The notes: generated by a model from the sequence alone, not told the origin. Positions 1 to 13,943 are shown, counted from the first letter of the stretch. The stretch is DNA of 64,000 nt from Anaeromyxobacteraceae bacterium (GCA_032654565.1 JAULAX010000002.1:96001-160000); one strand, 5' to 3'. Made by a program: numbers and translations.

Positions 1-3377
<3,377 letters not shown>

Positions 3378-3568
3378 GTGCGCGACCGGCGCCGCGGCCA
3401 CCCCCGGCGCCTCGACCACCCGGCCTCTTCCGACTGCGCGGTTCCCGGGCACCTCCTGCCCGGAGATCGCACAGCCGCGCCCGGCCCGGTCCCGCCGGAA
3501 GGCCCGCAGGTGCCCGGAATCCGGGCCCCGTGTCGGGGCTCGCGCCGACCCCCGCCGGAGGCCTACTC

Positions 3569-3584
3569 TGGCGAAGTCCTTGCA
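3569..3584 (+). promoter_or_regulatory. Putative sigma54 (-24/-12) promoter of the transglutaminase/ATP-grasp operon
   Basis: TGGCGAAGTCCTTGCA: GG and GC are 12 nt apart, matching TGGC-N7-TTGCW. Confidence 0.6.
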
Positions 3585-3615
3585 CCCCTCTCCGGCTCCG
3601 GCGAAAGGATCCCCC

Positions 3616-6600
3616 CTGCGCATCCTCATCCAGCACCGGAGCACCTACCGCTACGCCAAACCGGCCGCCCTCGGCCCGCACACCATCCGGCTGCGCCCGT
3701 CCCCCCACGCCGGCGCGGCGGTCGAGCACTACGCCCTCCAGCTCCCCGCCAGCGCCGCCATCCGCTGGCAGCAGGACCCCTTCGGCAACCACGTCGCCCA
3801 CGTCTCCTTCCGCAAGGGGACCCTGCTCCCGGCGCTGGAGGTGGTGGTGGAGCTGGCCGTCGACCTGCGCCCGGTCAACCCCTTCGACTTCTTCATCGAC
3901 GAGCGGTGCGAGGCGGTCCCGTTCACCTACCCGCCCGAGCTGGCCCGCGACCTGGTCCCCTTCCTCGACCGGACCGACCCCGAGCTCGCCAGCGGCCCCC
4001 ACTTCGAGGCGCTGCTCAAGACGCTCCCCGCCGGCGGACCCACCGTCGAGTTCGTGGTCGAGGTCAACCGGCGGGTCAACCAGGCCCTGAAGTACGTCAT
4101 CCGCGAGGAGCCCGGCCTCTGGACCCCCGAGGAGACGCTGACCCGGGGTCGCGGCAGCTGCCGGGACCAGGCGGTGCTGCTGGTGGCGCTGCTGCGGGCC
4201 CGCGGCCTGGCGGCCCGCTTCGCCAGCGGCTACCTGGTGCAGCTGGCCGACGAGGGGATGCTCCCCGACCAGCCCAAGGGCGTCGGCCGCGACGTCGCCG
4301 ACCTGCACGCCTGGACCGAGGTCTTCCTGCCCGGCGGCGGCTGGATCGGCCTCGATCCCACCAGCGGCCTGCTCTGCGGCGAGGGGCACATCCCGCTGGC
4401 CTCGGTGGCCCGCCCGGCGCTGGGCTCGCCGCTGGAGGGGACCAGCGACCAGCCCGCCGCCGAGATCACCTTCGCGCTGACGGTGACCCGGCTCGGCCAC
4501 GAGGTGCGCCCCACCGCCCCGTTCCCCGAGGCGGCCTGGGACTCGCTGCTCCGCGGCGCCGAGCAGGCCGACGCCGTGCTCGCCAGCGCCGGCCTCGAGC
4601 TGACCAGCGGCGGCGAGCCGACCTTCAACGCCCGCGACCACGCCGACGCCCCGGAGTGGAACGGCGAGGCCCTCGGCCCCACCAAGTGGACCGCCGGCCT
4701 GGCCCTGGCGCGCCAGCTGCGCCGCCGGCTGGCCCCGGGCGCGGCGCTGCTGCGCCGCCAGGGGAAGTGGTACCCGGGCGAGCCGCTGCCGCGCTGGGCG
4801 CTCGAGCTGGTCGGCCTCGCCGACGGCACCCCGCTCTGGCCGGACCGGACCATGGCGGCGACGCCGCCCGGGCTGGACGGGGCCCGCCGCTTCGCCGAGG
4901 CGCTGGCCGCCCACCTCGGCCTGCCGGCCGCCTCGGCGCGCCCCGCCTACGAGGACCCCTGGCGCTTCATCATGGAGGAGGCCAACCTGCCGGTGAGCGT
5001 CGACCCGCTGCTGGCCCGGCTCGAGGACGGCGCCGAGCGCCGGCGGCTGGCCCGCATCCTCGGCGGCGCCCCGGCGGCGCCGGTCGGCTACGTGCTCCCC
5101 ATGGCCCGCGCCGAGGAGGGCGACGGCTGGCGGACCGAGCGCTGGCGGTTCCGGCGCGAGCACCTCTTCCTGCTGCCGGGCGACAGCCCCATGGGGCTGC
5201 GGCTCCCGCTGGCGGCCATCGGCGGCCCGCCCGAGATCACCCCCGAGGAGGCGCCGCTGCCGGCGCCGGATCCGCGCCTCGCCGAGCTGGAGAAGGAGCA
5301 GGCCCGCCTCCGCGCCGAGCAGGCCGCCGCCGCCGCGCCGGCCCCGGTCCGCACCGCGCTCGGCGTGGAGCCGCGCGAGGGGACGCTCTTCGTCTTCCTG
5401 CCGCCGGTGGCCAGGGCCGAGGACTTCCTGGAGCTGGTGGCCGCGGTCGACGCCACCCGCGCCGCCACCGGGCTCGACGTCCAGCTGGAGGGCTACCCGC
5501 CCCCGTCCTCGCCGCGCCTCTTCCAGCTGGCGGTGACGCCCGACCCCGGCGTGCTCGAGGTCAACCTGCCGCCGCAGCGGACCGGCCGCGCCCACGCCGC
5601 GCTGCTGGGCACGGTCTTCGACGCCGCGCTCCACGCCGGCCTCCACTCCGAGAAGTGGCTGCTCGACGGCCGGATGGCCGGCTCCGGCGGCGGCCACCAC
5701 GTCACCCTGGGCGGGCCGACGCCGCTCACCAGCCCCATGGTGCGGCGCCCCGACCTGCTGGCCAGCCTGGTCACCTTCGCCCAGCACCACCCCTCGCTCT
5801 CCTTCCTCTTCACCGGCCTCTTCGTGGGCCCCACCTCGCAGGCCCCGCGCGTCGACGAGGCCCGCCTCGACACCCTCTCCGAGCTGGAGATCGCGCTGGC
5901 CGAGGCCTTCCGCGCCACCGACCCGGCCCCCTGGCTCGGCGACCTGCTGCTGCGCAACCTGCTCACCGACCTGACCGGCAACACCCACCGGGCCGAGATC
6001 TCCATCGACAAGCTCTACGACTGGCGCACCCCGCACGGCCGCCAGGGGGTGGTGGAGCTGCGCGCCTTCGAGATGCCGCCCCACCCGCGGCTGGCCGCGG
6101 CCCAGGTGCTGCTGGCCCGCTCGCTGCTGGCCGCCTTCGCCAGGGCGCCCTACCAGCGGCCGCTGATCCGCTGGGGGGCGGCGCTGCACGACCGCTTCCT
6201 GCTGCCCCACCACCTGTGGAGGGACTTCGAGGAGGTGCTGGGCTTCCTCGACGAGCGCGGGCTGGGGCTGCCGGCGGCGCCCTACCGGGCCTTCCTCGAG
6301 CTGCGCTGCCCGGTGGTGGGCCGGCTGGAGATGGGCGACGCGGTGCTGGAGGTGCGCAACGCCCTCGAGCCGTGGAACGTCCTCGGCGAGGAGCCCTCCG
6401 GCGGCGGCACCTCGCGCTACGTCGACTCCTCCCTGGAGCGGATCGAGATCCGCGCCTCGGGCGTCACCCCGGAGCGCCACCAGGTGGTGGTCAACGGCAT
6501 CGCCCTGCCGGTCCGCGCCACCGGCACCGCCGGCGAGGTGCTGGGCGGGGTCCGCTTCCGCGCCTGGGCGCCGCCCCACGCGCTCCACCCCCACCTCGGC

Positions 6601-6894
6601 GTCCACCACCCGCTCACCATCGAGCTCTGCGACCGCTGGGCCCGGCGCTCGCTGGGCGCCTGCCGCTACCACGTCTGGCACCCCGAGGGGCGCTCCTACG
6701 GCGCCCCGCCGCTGACCCGCTTCGAGGCCTCGGCGCGCCGCGCCCAGCGCTTCACCGTCGACGGCGCCACCCCGTTCCCGCTCGAGCCGCTCCAGGTCCC
6801 GGTCCACCCCGACACCCCGTGGTCGCTCGACCTGCGCCGCCACCCCGGCGACCACCCGGTGCCCGAGCCCGACGACGAGAGCGCCGAGACCTGA
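3616..6894 (+). CDS. Transglutaminase-family protein fused to a DUF2126 (COOH-NH2 ligase-like) domain
   Basis: N-terminal IQHRSTYRY transglutaminase N-domain; triad segments GSCRDQA and [49 protein letters not shown] and [13 protein letters not shown]. Start is uncertain (TTG 3580 or CTG 3616). Confidence 0.88.
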   Translation: MRILIQHRSTYRYAKPAALGPHTIRLRPSPHAGAAVEHYALQLPASAAIRWQQDPFGNHVAHVSFRKGTLLPALEVVVELAVDLRPVNPFDFFIDERCEAVPFTYPPELARDLVPFLDRTDPELASGPHFEALLKTLPAGGPTVEFVVEVNRRVNQALKYVIREEPGLWTPEETLTRGRGSCRDQAVLLVALLRARGLAARFASGYLVQLADEGMLPDQPKGVGRDVADLHAWTEVFLPGGGWIGLDPTSGLLCGEGHIPLASVARPALGSPLEGTSDQPAAEITFALTVTRLGHEVRPTAPFPEAAWDSLLRGAEQADAVLASAGLELTSGGEPTFNARDHADAPEWNGEALGPTKWTAGLALARQLRRRLAPGAALLRRQGKWYPGEPLPRWALELVGLADGTPLWPDRTMAATPPGLDGARRFAEALAAHLGLPAASARPAYEDPWRFIMEEANLPVSVDPLLARLEDGAERRRLARILGGAPAAPVGYVLPMARAEEGDGWRTERWRFRREHLFLLPGDSPMGLRLPLAAIGGPPEITPEEAPLPAPDPRLAELEKEQARLRAEQAAAAAPAPVRTALGVEPREGTLFVFLPPVARAEDFLELVAAVDATRAATGLDVQLEGYPPPSSPRLFQLAVTPDPGVLEVNLPPQRTGRAHAALLGTVFDAALHAGLHSEKWLLDGRMAGSGGGHHVTLGGPTPLTSPMVRRPDLLASLVTFAQHHPSLSFLFTGLFVGPTSQAPRVDEARLDTLSELEIALAEAFRATDPAPWLGDLLLRNLLTDLTGNTHRAEISIDKLYDWRTPHGRQGVVELRAFEMPPHPRLAAAQVLLARSLLAAFARAPYQRPLIRWGAALHDRFLLPHHLWRDFEEVLGFLDERGLGLPAAPYRAFLELRCPVVGRLEMGDAVLEVRNALEPWNVLGEEPSGGGTSRYVDSSLERIEIRASGVTPERHQVVVNGIALPVRATGTAGEVLGGVRFRAWAPPHALHPHLGVHHPLTIELCDRWARRSLGACRYHVWHPEGRSYGAPPLTRFEASARRAQRFTVDGATPFPLEPLQVPVHPDTPWSLDLRRHPGDHPVPEPDDESAET

Positions 6895-6897
6895 GCC

Positions 6898-8568
6898 GTG
6901 GATCCCCTCCTCCTCGCCGAGCTCTCCGAGCAGGACGCGGTGCTCCGGCGCCGCCGCCTCGACGTCTGGATCGGCGCGGAGCCGACCTTCACCGACCGCC
7001 GCTCGCAGGATCCCTGGTGGCTGACCGTGGCCGAAGGGGGAGACAAGCTGGGGCGGGCCCGCGCCCTGCTGGCCGACCTGGCGCCGCGCCTCGGCGCCGG
7101 CCCCCGGCTGGTCGACCTCGAGGGGCGCCACTTCGAGGGCGAGCCGGCCCCCCGCTTCTGCCTCGGCGTCCGCTTCCGCCGCGCCGCCGCCCCCGCCGAC
7201 GGCGAGGTGCAGCTCACGGTGACGCCGGACCCCGGGGTGGTGGAGGTGAACACCGCCCCCGCCCCCGACCTGGCCACCTTCCTCGCCGACGCCGAGGCCA
7301 TCTACGCCGCCGCCGCCGCGGTGGGGCTCTCGCCGGTCCGCTGGCGCTTCAACGGCCGCGCCGCCGACTCGGGCGGCGGTGGCCAGCTCACCCTGGGCGG
7401 GCCGACCCCGGAGGCCAGCCCCTTCTTCCGCCACCCCACGCTGCTGCCGCGCCTGATCCGCTTCCTCTGCAACCACCCCTCGCTCTCCTACGCCTTCGCC
7501 GGGGAGTGCGTCGGCTCGGCGTCGCAGGGGCCGCGGCCGGACGAGGGGGTGCGGGAGCGGTTCGAGGAGCTGCAGGTGGCGGTGGACCGGCTGGAGGCGC
7601 GCGGCGCCCGCCCCGATCCCCAGGAGCTCTGGGAGACGCTGGCGCCCCTGCTGGTGGACGCCTCCGGCAACTCGCACCGCGCCGAGCTCAACGTCGAGAA
7701 GCTCTGGAACCCCCACCTCCCCGGGCGCGGCCGGCTCGGCCTGGTGGAGCTGCGCTCGCTGCGCATGCCCGCCACCGCCGGCCGGCTGGCGGCGCTGGCC
7801 GCCCTCTTCCGCGCCCTGGTGGCCCGGCTGGTGGCCGTCCCCTACGCCGAGCCGCTGTCCGACTGGGGCGCCTCGCTCCACGACCAGCTGGCCCTGCCCA
7901 CCTTCCTGGAGGAGGACCTGCGCGGCGTGCTCGACGATCTCGCCGCCCACGGGGTCGGCCTCGGCCCGTCCACCACGGCGCTGCTGCTGGAGCGCCCCGA
8001 GCCGCTGGCCGAGATCCGGCTGGAGCGGACCACCCTCACCGTGGTGCCGGCGCTGGAGTTCTGGCCACTGCTCGGTGACGTGGCCAGCCAGGAGCGGGCC
8101 GGGGCCCGGCTGGTGGACGCCAGCGCCGAGCGGGTCGAGGTGCGCATCGCGCACGACGGCGGCGCCGATCCCGGCCGGCTGGGCGCCGACGGCTGGGAGG
8201 TGCCGCTCACCTCGGCCGACAGCGGGCGGCGCCACGTCGCCGGCCTGCGCTACCGGGCCTTCCTGCCGCGCCCCGGGCTGCACCCCGGGCTGCCGGCGCA
8301 GGACCCGCTGCTCCTCAGCTGGGAGCGCGAGGGCCGGCGGGTCGGCGTCGAGCTGCACGGCTGGATCCCCGGCGGCGGCACCTACCCGGGGCTGCCGGAC
8401 GACGACGCCGAGGCCCGGCGCCGCTGCCGGGAGCGGGTCCGCTTCGGCGAGCCGGGGCGGGCCACCTTGCGGCGGCCGCTGGCCGGCGGCGGCGTCACCC
8501 TCGACCTGCGGCGGCTCTCCGCGCTCCGCGGCGCCGACGGCTGGACCATGATGGGAGGCTCCACGTGA
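6898..8568 (+). CDS. Second, stand-alone DUF2126-type (COOH-NH2 ligase-like) protein
   Basis: IGAEPTF, VTPDPGVVEVN, DSGGGGQLTLGG, GNSHRAELNVEKLW and GLVELR are paralogous to the upstream DUF2126 domain. Confidence 0.8.
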   Translation: MDPLLLAELSEQDAVLRRRRLDVWIGAEPTFTDRRSQDPWWLTVAEGGDKLGRARALLADLAPRLGAGPRLVDLEGRHFEGEPAPRFCLGVRFRRAAAPADGEVQLTVTPDPGVVEVNTAPAPDLATFLADAEAIYAAAAAVGLSPVRWRFNGRAADSGGGGQLTLGGPTPEASPFFRHPTLLPRLIRFLCNHPSLSYAFAGECVGSASQGPRPDEGVRERFEELQVAVDRLEARGARPDPQELWETLAPLLVDASGNSHRAELNVEKLWNPHLPGRGRLGLVELRSLRMPATAGRLAALAALFRALVARLVAVPYAEPLSDWGASLHDQLALPTFLEEDLRGVLDDLAAHGVGLGPSTTALLLERPEPLAEIRLERTTLTVVPALEFWPLLGDVASQERAGARLVDASAERVEVRIAHDGGADPGRLGADGWEVPLTSADSGRRHVAGLRYRAFLPRPGLHPGLPAQDPLLLSWEREGRRVGVELHGWIPGGGTYPGLPDDDAEARRRCRERVRFGEPGRATLRRPLAGGGVTLDLRRLSALRGADGWTMMGGST

Positions 8569-10028
8569 AGATGGAACTGTTCGCCGGGTACCAGCCGATC
8601 CCCGGCGGCTACGACGAGCTCTTCGCCGGACCGGGGGAGGTCCGCGCCGAGTTCCGGCGCGCCGCCGCGGCGCTGGAGGCGCGCAGCATCCCCGAGTTCG
8701 CCCACAGCCAGGGGCTGGCCGAGAAGGCGCTGCTCGACCAGGGCGTCACCTTCAGCGTCTACTCCGACAGCCGCGGCGCCGAGAAGATCTTCCCCTTCTG
8801 CCTGGTCCCCCGCATGGTGGGCGCCGCCGAGTGGGCCCGCCTGGAGAAGGGGCTGGTGCAGCGGGTGCTGGCCATCGAGGCCTTCCTCGACGACCTCTAC
8901 GGCGCCCAGCGGATCCTCAAGGAGAAGGCCATCCCGGCCGAGCTGGTGCTGGGGGCCAAGGGGTACGAGCCGAAGCTGGTGGGGGTGAAGCCGCCGGGCC
9001 GGGTGCGCCTGCACGTGGCCGGCATCGACCTGATCCGCGACCCGGCCGGCACCTTCCGGGTGCTGGAGGACAACCTGCGCTGCCCCTCCGGCGTGTCCTA
9101 CGTGCTGGAGAACCGGCTGCTCTCCAAGCGCATCATCCCCGAGGCCCTCGACAAGGCCCGCGTCCACCGCGTCGACCAGTACCCGGCCAAGCTGGCGGCG
9201 GCGCTGCGCTCGGTGGCCCCGGTCGACCCCGACCACGCCGTGGCGGTGGTGCTCACCCCCGGCCCCTACAACTCCGCCTACTTCGAGCACAGCTTCCTGG
9301 CCCGCACCATGGGGCTGGAGCTGGTGCAGGCGCCCGACCTCTTCGTCGACGGCGACGAGGTCTTCCTGCGCACCACCCGCGGCCCGCGCCGGGTGCACGT
9401 CATCTACCGCCGCACCGACGACGCCTTCCTCGACCCCGACTTCTTCCGCCCCGACTCGATGCTGGGGGTGCGCGGCCTGATCCGGGCCTGGGCGGCCGGG
9501 AAGGTGACCATCGCCAACGCCCCCGGCAACGGCGTCGCCGACGACAAGGCGGTCTGCGCCCTGGTCCCGGACATGGTCCGCTTCTACCTCTCCGAGGAGC
9601 CGCTGCTGGAGCAGGTCCCGACCTGGCTCTGCTGCCGGCCCGCCGACCAGGCCTACGTGGTGGAGCGGCTCGACCAGATGGTGGTCAAGGCGGTGGACGA
9701 GGCCGGCGGCTACGGGATGCTGATGGGGCCGCAGGCCACCGAGGCGGAGCGGGACGACTTCCGCCGGCGCATCGACGCCGAGCCGCGGCGCTACATCGCC
9801 CAGCACCGCGTCGAGCTCTCCGCCTGCCCCACCTGGATCGCCGAGCACGGCATGACCGCCCCGCGCCGCGTCGACCTGCGCCCCTACGTGGTCTCCGGGG
9901 CCGACGGCCCCTGGGTGCTCCCCGGCGGCCTGACCCGGGTGGCCCTGCGTGAGGGCTCCTACGTCGTCAACTCCAGCCAGGGCGGCGGCTCCAAGGACAC
10001 CTGGGTGCTGAAGGGAGCGAACCCGTGA
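8565..10028 (+). CDS. Circularly permuted type 2 ATP-grasp protein
   Basis: VLEDNLRCPSGVSYVLENR, GPYNSAYFEHSFLA, IANAPGNGVADDKA and GGLTRVAL...VVNSSQGGGSKDTWV. Confidence 0.93.
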   Translation: MKMELFAGYQPIPGGYDELFAGPGEVRAEFRRAAAALEARSIPEFAHSQGLAEKALLDQGVTFSVYSDSRGAEKIFPFCLVPRMVGAAEWARLEKGLVQRVLAIEAFLDDLYGAQRILKEKAIPAELVLGAKGYEPKLVGVKPPGRVRLHVAGIDLIRDPAGTFRVLEDNLRCPSGVSYVLENRLLSKRIIPEALDKARVHRVDQYPAKLAAALRSVAPVDPDHAVAVVLTPGPYNSAYFEHSFLARTMGLELVQAPDLFVDGDEVFLRTTRGPRRVHVIYRRTDDAFLDPDFFRPDSMLGVRGLIRAWAAGKVTIANAPGNGVADDKAVCALVPDMVRFYLSEEPLLEQVPTWLCCRPADQAYVVERLDQMVVKAVDEAGGYGMLMGPQATEAERDDFRRRIDAEPRRYIAQHRVELSACPTWIAEHGMTAPRRVDLRPYVVSGADGPWVLPGGLTRVALREGSYVVNSSQGGGSKDTWVLKGANP

Positions 10029-10999
10029 TCAGCCGCGTCGCCGAGAGCCTCTTCTGGCTGGGGCGCTACCTGGAGCGGGCCGAGTCGACGGCCCGGGTCT
10101 GCCTGGTGACCCGCAACCTCGCCCTCGACGGCGACCTCGAGCCGCGCCAGGCCTGGCAGCCGGCGGTGATCGTCTCCGGCCAGGAGGAGGCCTTCCGCAA
10201 GGCCCGCGGCGACCCGGCCTTCGCCGACGGCGAGCTGGTGCAGGAGTGGCTCACCTGGGAGGAGACCAACCTCTCCTCGGTGCGCCGCTCGGTGTCGGCG
10301 GCCCGCGAGAACGCCCGCTCCATCCGCGAGGTGGTGAGCCTGGAGACCTGGGAGGCGGTCAACGAGCTGCACCTCTGGATGGACGGCGCCGGCCGCGAGG
10401 CCTGGCGCGCCGACCGCCACGGCTTCTACCGGCACGTCCGCCAGCACGCCCAACTCTGCCTCGGCGTCATCCACGGCACCATGCTCCACGACGACGCCTT
10501 CAGCTTCATCCTGCTGGGGGTGATGCTGGAGCGGGCCGGCCAGACGGCGCGCATCCTGGACGTCCACCACCACGCGCTGCAGCGCATGGGGGCCCACCCG
10601 GTGGTCGAGCTGGCCCTCTGGCTCTCGCTGCTGCGGGCCTGCTCCGGCTTCGAGCCCTTCATGAAGCGCTTCCAGGGCAAGGCCTCGGCCGCCACCGTGG
10701 CCCGCTTCCTGGTGCTCGACGGCCGCTTCCCCCGCTCGGTCAACCACTGCCTGCACATCGCCAGCAGCCGGCTCGCCAAGGTCCGCACCGCCGACGCCGA
10801 CCTGCGCGGCCGCAGCCTGACCTCGCTGCGGGCCCTGGAGAGCTGGGTCCTCGACGAGGCCGGGCCCCACATCGACGCCGGGGAGCTCCATCCCTTCCTC
10901 ACGCATGTGGTGGACGAGACCCACGCGATCTGCAATGACCTTGGGCGCGAGCTGTTCGGTCACCCGGGCCAGGACGAGGCGGGATCGACCGGATCGTAA
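10025..10999 (+). CDS. Alpha-E domain-containing protein
   Basis: MISRVAESLFWLGRYLERAE plus a second ER repeat LERAGQTARIL; FPRS motif; overlaps the ATP-grasp stop codon. Confidence 0.92.
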   Translation: MISRVAESLFWLGRYLERAESTARVCLVTRNLALDGDLEPRQAWQPAVIVSGQEEAFRKARGDPAFADGELVQEWLTWEETNLSSVRRSVSAARENARSIREVVSLETWEAVNELHLWMDGAGREAWRADRHGFYRHVRQHAQLCLGVIHGTMLHDDAFSFILLGVMLERAGQTARILDVHHHALQRMGAHPVVELALWLSLLRACSGFEPFMKRFQGKASAATVARFLVLDGRFPRSVNHCLHIASSRLAKVRTADADLRGRSLTSLRALESWVLDEAGPHIDAGELHPFLTHVVDETHAICNDLGRELFGHPGQDEAGSTGS

Positions 11000-11012
11000 C
11001 GCCCTCCGACGC

Positions 11013-12764
11013 ATGCCCAACCTCCTCGCCATGTCCTTCGAGGGAGCGCTCGCGCCCTCCTTCGATCTCCGGTGCCTGCAGCCGGGGCGCAACCTGCCCG
11101 ACGGCTGGGGCATCGGCTACTACCCGGGCGGCGAGCCCTCGGCCACGGTCTTGAAGGAGCCGGCCCCGCCGGTCGGCTCCATCCGCTCCGAGCTGGTCAA
11201 GGCCTGGGAGCACCTCGAGTCGTCGCTCTTCGTGGTGCACATCCGCACCGCCACCTGGGGCGCCCCCTCCGACGCCAACACCCAGCCCTTCGCCCGGGCC
11301 TGGGGGCGTCGCGACTGGCTCTTCGCCCACTCCGGCAGCCTGGGCGAGCGGCCCCAGCCACGGCCCAACCAGACCTTCGAGCCGGTCGGCTCCACCGACA
11401 CCGAGCAGGTGCTCTGCGACCTGCTGGGCCGCTTCGCCGAGCGCGGCTGGGCCTCGCTCGACGAGGCCGACGTGGAGGCGGTCCACGGCTGGTTCAGCGC
11501 CCTCAACGAGCTCGGCACCCTCACCTCGGTGCTCTCCGACGGCCGCGACCTGCTGGCCTACGCCGACCGCGACCCCGAGGCCCGGGGCATCTGGCTGTGG
11601 GAGGCCCTGCCCCCCTACGGCGAGCTGCGCCTCGCCGACCAGGACCTGGTGGTCGACCTCACCTCCCGCGGCCCCAAGGCCCGGCGCGGCGTGGTGATCT
11701 CGACGGCGCCCCTGGAGGTGACCAGCGAGTGGATCGGCCAGTGGCGGCAGGTGCCGCCGGGGTCGCTGCTGGTGGTCCGCCAGGGGGTGGTGCGGGTGGA
11801 GCGGGGCCCGCCGCTGGGCGGCCAGCAGCTGCCGCTGGCCAGCCGGCAGTGGCAGAGCCAGCGGCTCACCCGCCCGGAGCGGGCCCCGGTGCGCCGCTAC
11901 GACCTGGTGCACCGGACCACCTACCGGTACGTCAAGCCGGTGGAGCGGTCGATGCACATCCTCCGGCTCAAGCCGGTCAACGACCAGCTCCAGGCCCTGC
12001 GGGCCTTCCAGCTGAACATCTCGGTGCCGGGCGACTCGCGCGACTACGAGGACGTCTTCGGCAACCAGACCCACCGGGTGCTGGTGGAGACCCCCTTCGA
12101 CGAGCTGGTGGTGGAGGCCCGCTCCACCGTGGACGTGCTCGACTGCGAGCCGCTCTCCTACCGGCCGCTGCGGGCCCGCAACGCCCTGCCGCTGGCCTGG
12201 ATGCCCTGGCAGCGCCAGGTGCTGCAGCCCTTCCTGCTGCCCGAGGAGCTGCCGGAGAGCGAGCTGCAGGACCTGGTCGAGTACGCCAACAGCTTCGTGG
12301 AGCGGAACGGCAACGACCTGCTGGAGACGCTGCTGGACATGAACTCCACCATCCACCGGGACTACAAGTACGTGCAGGGGGCGACCACGCTGCTCACCAC
12401 CCCCTTCGAGACCTACGTCAACCGGCGCGGCGTCTGCCAGGACTTCACCAACCTCTTCATCACCATGGCCCGCCTGCTCTCGGTGCCGGCCCGCTACGTC
12501 TGCGGCTACCTCTACACCGGCGCCCGGCACGAGAACGTCGAGCAGGGCGAGGCCAGCCACGCCTGGGCCCAGGTCTACCTGCCCGAGGTGGGCTGGCGCG
12601 GCTTCGACCCCACCAACGGCGTCATCACCCAGACCAACCACGTCCGGGTGGCGGTGGGGCGCTCCTGGCGGGACGCCACCCCCACCTCCGGGACCATCTA
12701 CCTCGGCGGCGCCGGCGAGACCCTCGAGGCCCACGTGCACGTGGAGCTGGTGTCCGGCGCCTGA
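11013..12764 (+). CDS. Class II glutamine amidotransferase-like (Ntn) domain fused to a transglutaminase domain
   Basis: DGWGIGYY, HIRTAT, NTQPF, FAHSG and GSTDTE (YafJ/EgtC-like), followed by HRTTYRY, GVCQDF and SHAWAQVYLPEVGWRGFDPT. Confidence 0.87.
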   Translation: MPNLLAMSFEGALAPSFDLRCLQPGRNLPDGWGIGYYPGGEPSATVLKEPAPPVGSIRSELVKAWEHLESSLFVVHIRTATWGAPSDANTQPFARAWGRRDWLFAHSGSLGERPQPRPNQTFEPVGSTDTEQVLCDLLGRFAERGWASLDEADVEAVHGWFSALNELGTLTSVLSDGRDLLAYADRDPEARGIWLWEALPPYGELRLADQDLVVDLTSRGPKARRGVVISTAPLEVTSEWIGQWRQVPPGSLLVVRQGVVRVERGPPLGGQQLPLASRQWQSQRLTRPERAPVRRYDLVHRTTYRYVKPVERSMHILRLKPVNDQLQALRAFQLNISVPGDSRDYEDVFGNQTHRVLVETPFDELVVEARSTVDVLDCEPLSYRPLRARNALPLAWMPWQRQVLQPFLLPEELPESELQDLVEYANSFVERNGNDLLETLLDMNSTIHRDYKYVQGATTLLTTPFETYVNRRGVCQDFTNLFITMARLLSVPARYVCGYLYTGARHENVEQGEASHAWAQVYLPEVGWRGFDPTNGVITQTNHVRVAVGRSWRDATPTSGTIYLGGAGETLEAHVHVELVSGA

Positions 12765-12878
12765 CCGGGGTCGGACCGGCGCGTCCGCGGGCTCGTCCCA
12801 GGCCGCGGCTGGGAGCGACCCGGCTTGTCACGGCCAACCCGGGCCTCGCGACCGGCCCGGCACGGGTTGCGGGCGCCG

Positions 12879-13943
12879 TCAGTCGGTCACGGCCCGCTTC
12901 AGCCCGGTGGCCATGTCGTTGAGGGCCCGGGCCTCGGCGGCCACCGACTGGATGTTGGACATGGTCTCCTGGGTGGCCAGGTAGATCTCGTTCATGGCCT
13001 TGAGCACCTGCTCGATGCCGTGGTCCTGCTGCTGGGCCACCGTGGCGATCTCGCGGGCCGCCTCGGAGGAGTCGCGCAGCGCCGTGGCCAGGCGGCGGAT
13101 GGTGTCGCCGGTGCCCGAGGCCACGGTCGCGCCCTGCTCGGCCCGGCGGATGCCGACCTCGGCCGCGGTCATGGCCGCCAGCATGGCCTTGTGCACCTCG
13201 GAGAGGATCCCCTTGACCTGGGCGGCGGCCCGCTTGGCGTCCTCGGCGTGGTGGCGCATCTCGCCCACCACGTCGGCGAACCCGCCGGCCCCGGCCCCGG
13301 CCGCCTCCGCCTCCTGGGCGGCGCGGTCGGCCAGCCGCTGCGAGCGCTCGGCGATGTAGTTCACCACCGAGGCGATCTCGAAGATGTCGCGCATCCGGGC
13401 GTTGAGCGCCTCGATGCGCTGGGAGAGCTGGCGGACCTCGTCGGCCAGCTTGGCCATCTCGCCCTGGCTGGTGTCGACCGCCTTGAGCCCCTCGGTGGAG
13501 ACCCGGGCCCCGGCCTGGGCCAGGCCGATCACCGTCTCGGCGGTGAGCGCCGCCTTGGTGGCGGTCTGGGCCAGCTGGCCCATGGTGGCGGTGGTCTCGC
13601 GCACGCTGGCGGCGGTCTCGGCGGTCATGCTGGAGAAGGCGCTGACGTTGGAGAGGAGCGACTGGGCCATCGACACCAGCGTCCGGGCCGCCTGCAGGAA
13701 CCCCTCGCGCTTGCCGGTGTCGGCGCGGTGGGCCTCGTCCTGGGCGTGGCCGGCCATGTAGGCGAAGGCGCCGAGGAAGAGCGGGGTGGTGATGACGATG
13801 AGCACCAGCGGCTTCTGGATGGCCGCCGCCAACCCCTCTCCGGTGAGCCCGGCGGCGCTGGTGCCCGCCTCGACGATGACCCCGACGACGGGGAGGAAGG
13901 CGCCGAGGATCACACCGTAGAGTGAGTACTTGCGCGCGTTCAT
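12879..13943 (-). CDS. Methyl-accepting chemotaxis-like protein with a degenerate signalling tip
   Basis: Two N-terminal TM helices and a heptad coiled coil ending AREIATVAQQQDHGIEQV; start set at MNARKYS. Confidence 0.75.
   Translation of the reverse strand: MNARKYSLYGVILGAFLPVVGVIVEAGTSAAGLTGEGLAAAIQKPLVLIVITTPLFLGAFAYMAGHAQDEAHRADTGKREGFLQAARTLVSMAQSLLSNVSAFSSMTAETAASVRETTATMGQLAQTATKAALTAETVIGLAQAGARVSTEGLKAVDTSQGEMAKLADEVRQLSQRIEALNARMRDIFEIASVVNYIAERSQRLADRAAQEAEAAGAGAGGFADVVGEMRHHAEDAKRAAAQVKGILSEVHKAMLAAMTAAEVGIRRAEQGATVASGTGDTIRRLATALRDSSEAAREIATVAQQQDHGIEQVLKAMNEIYLATQETMSNIQSVAAEARALNDMATGLKRAVTD

Noticed and set aside
12765..12878. Similarity between this intergenic gap and 32133-32185
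   Set aside because: Only short GC-rich matches (gcgtccgcg, cttgtc), not distinguishable from chance by eye.
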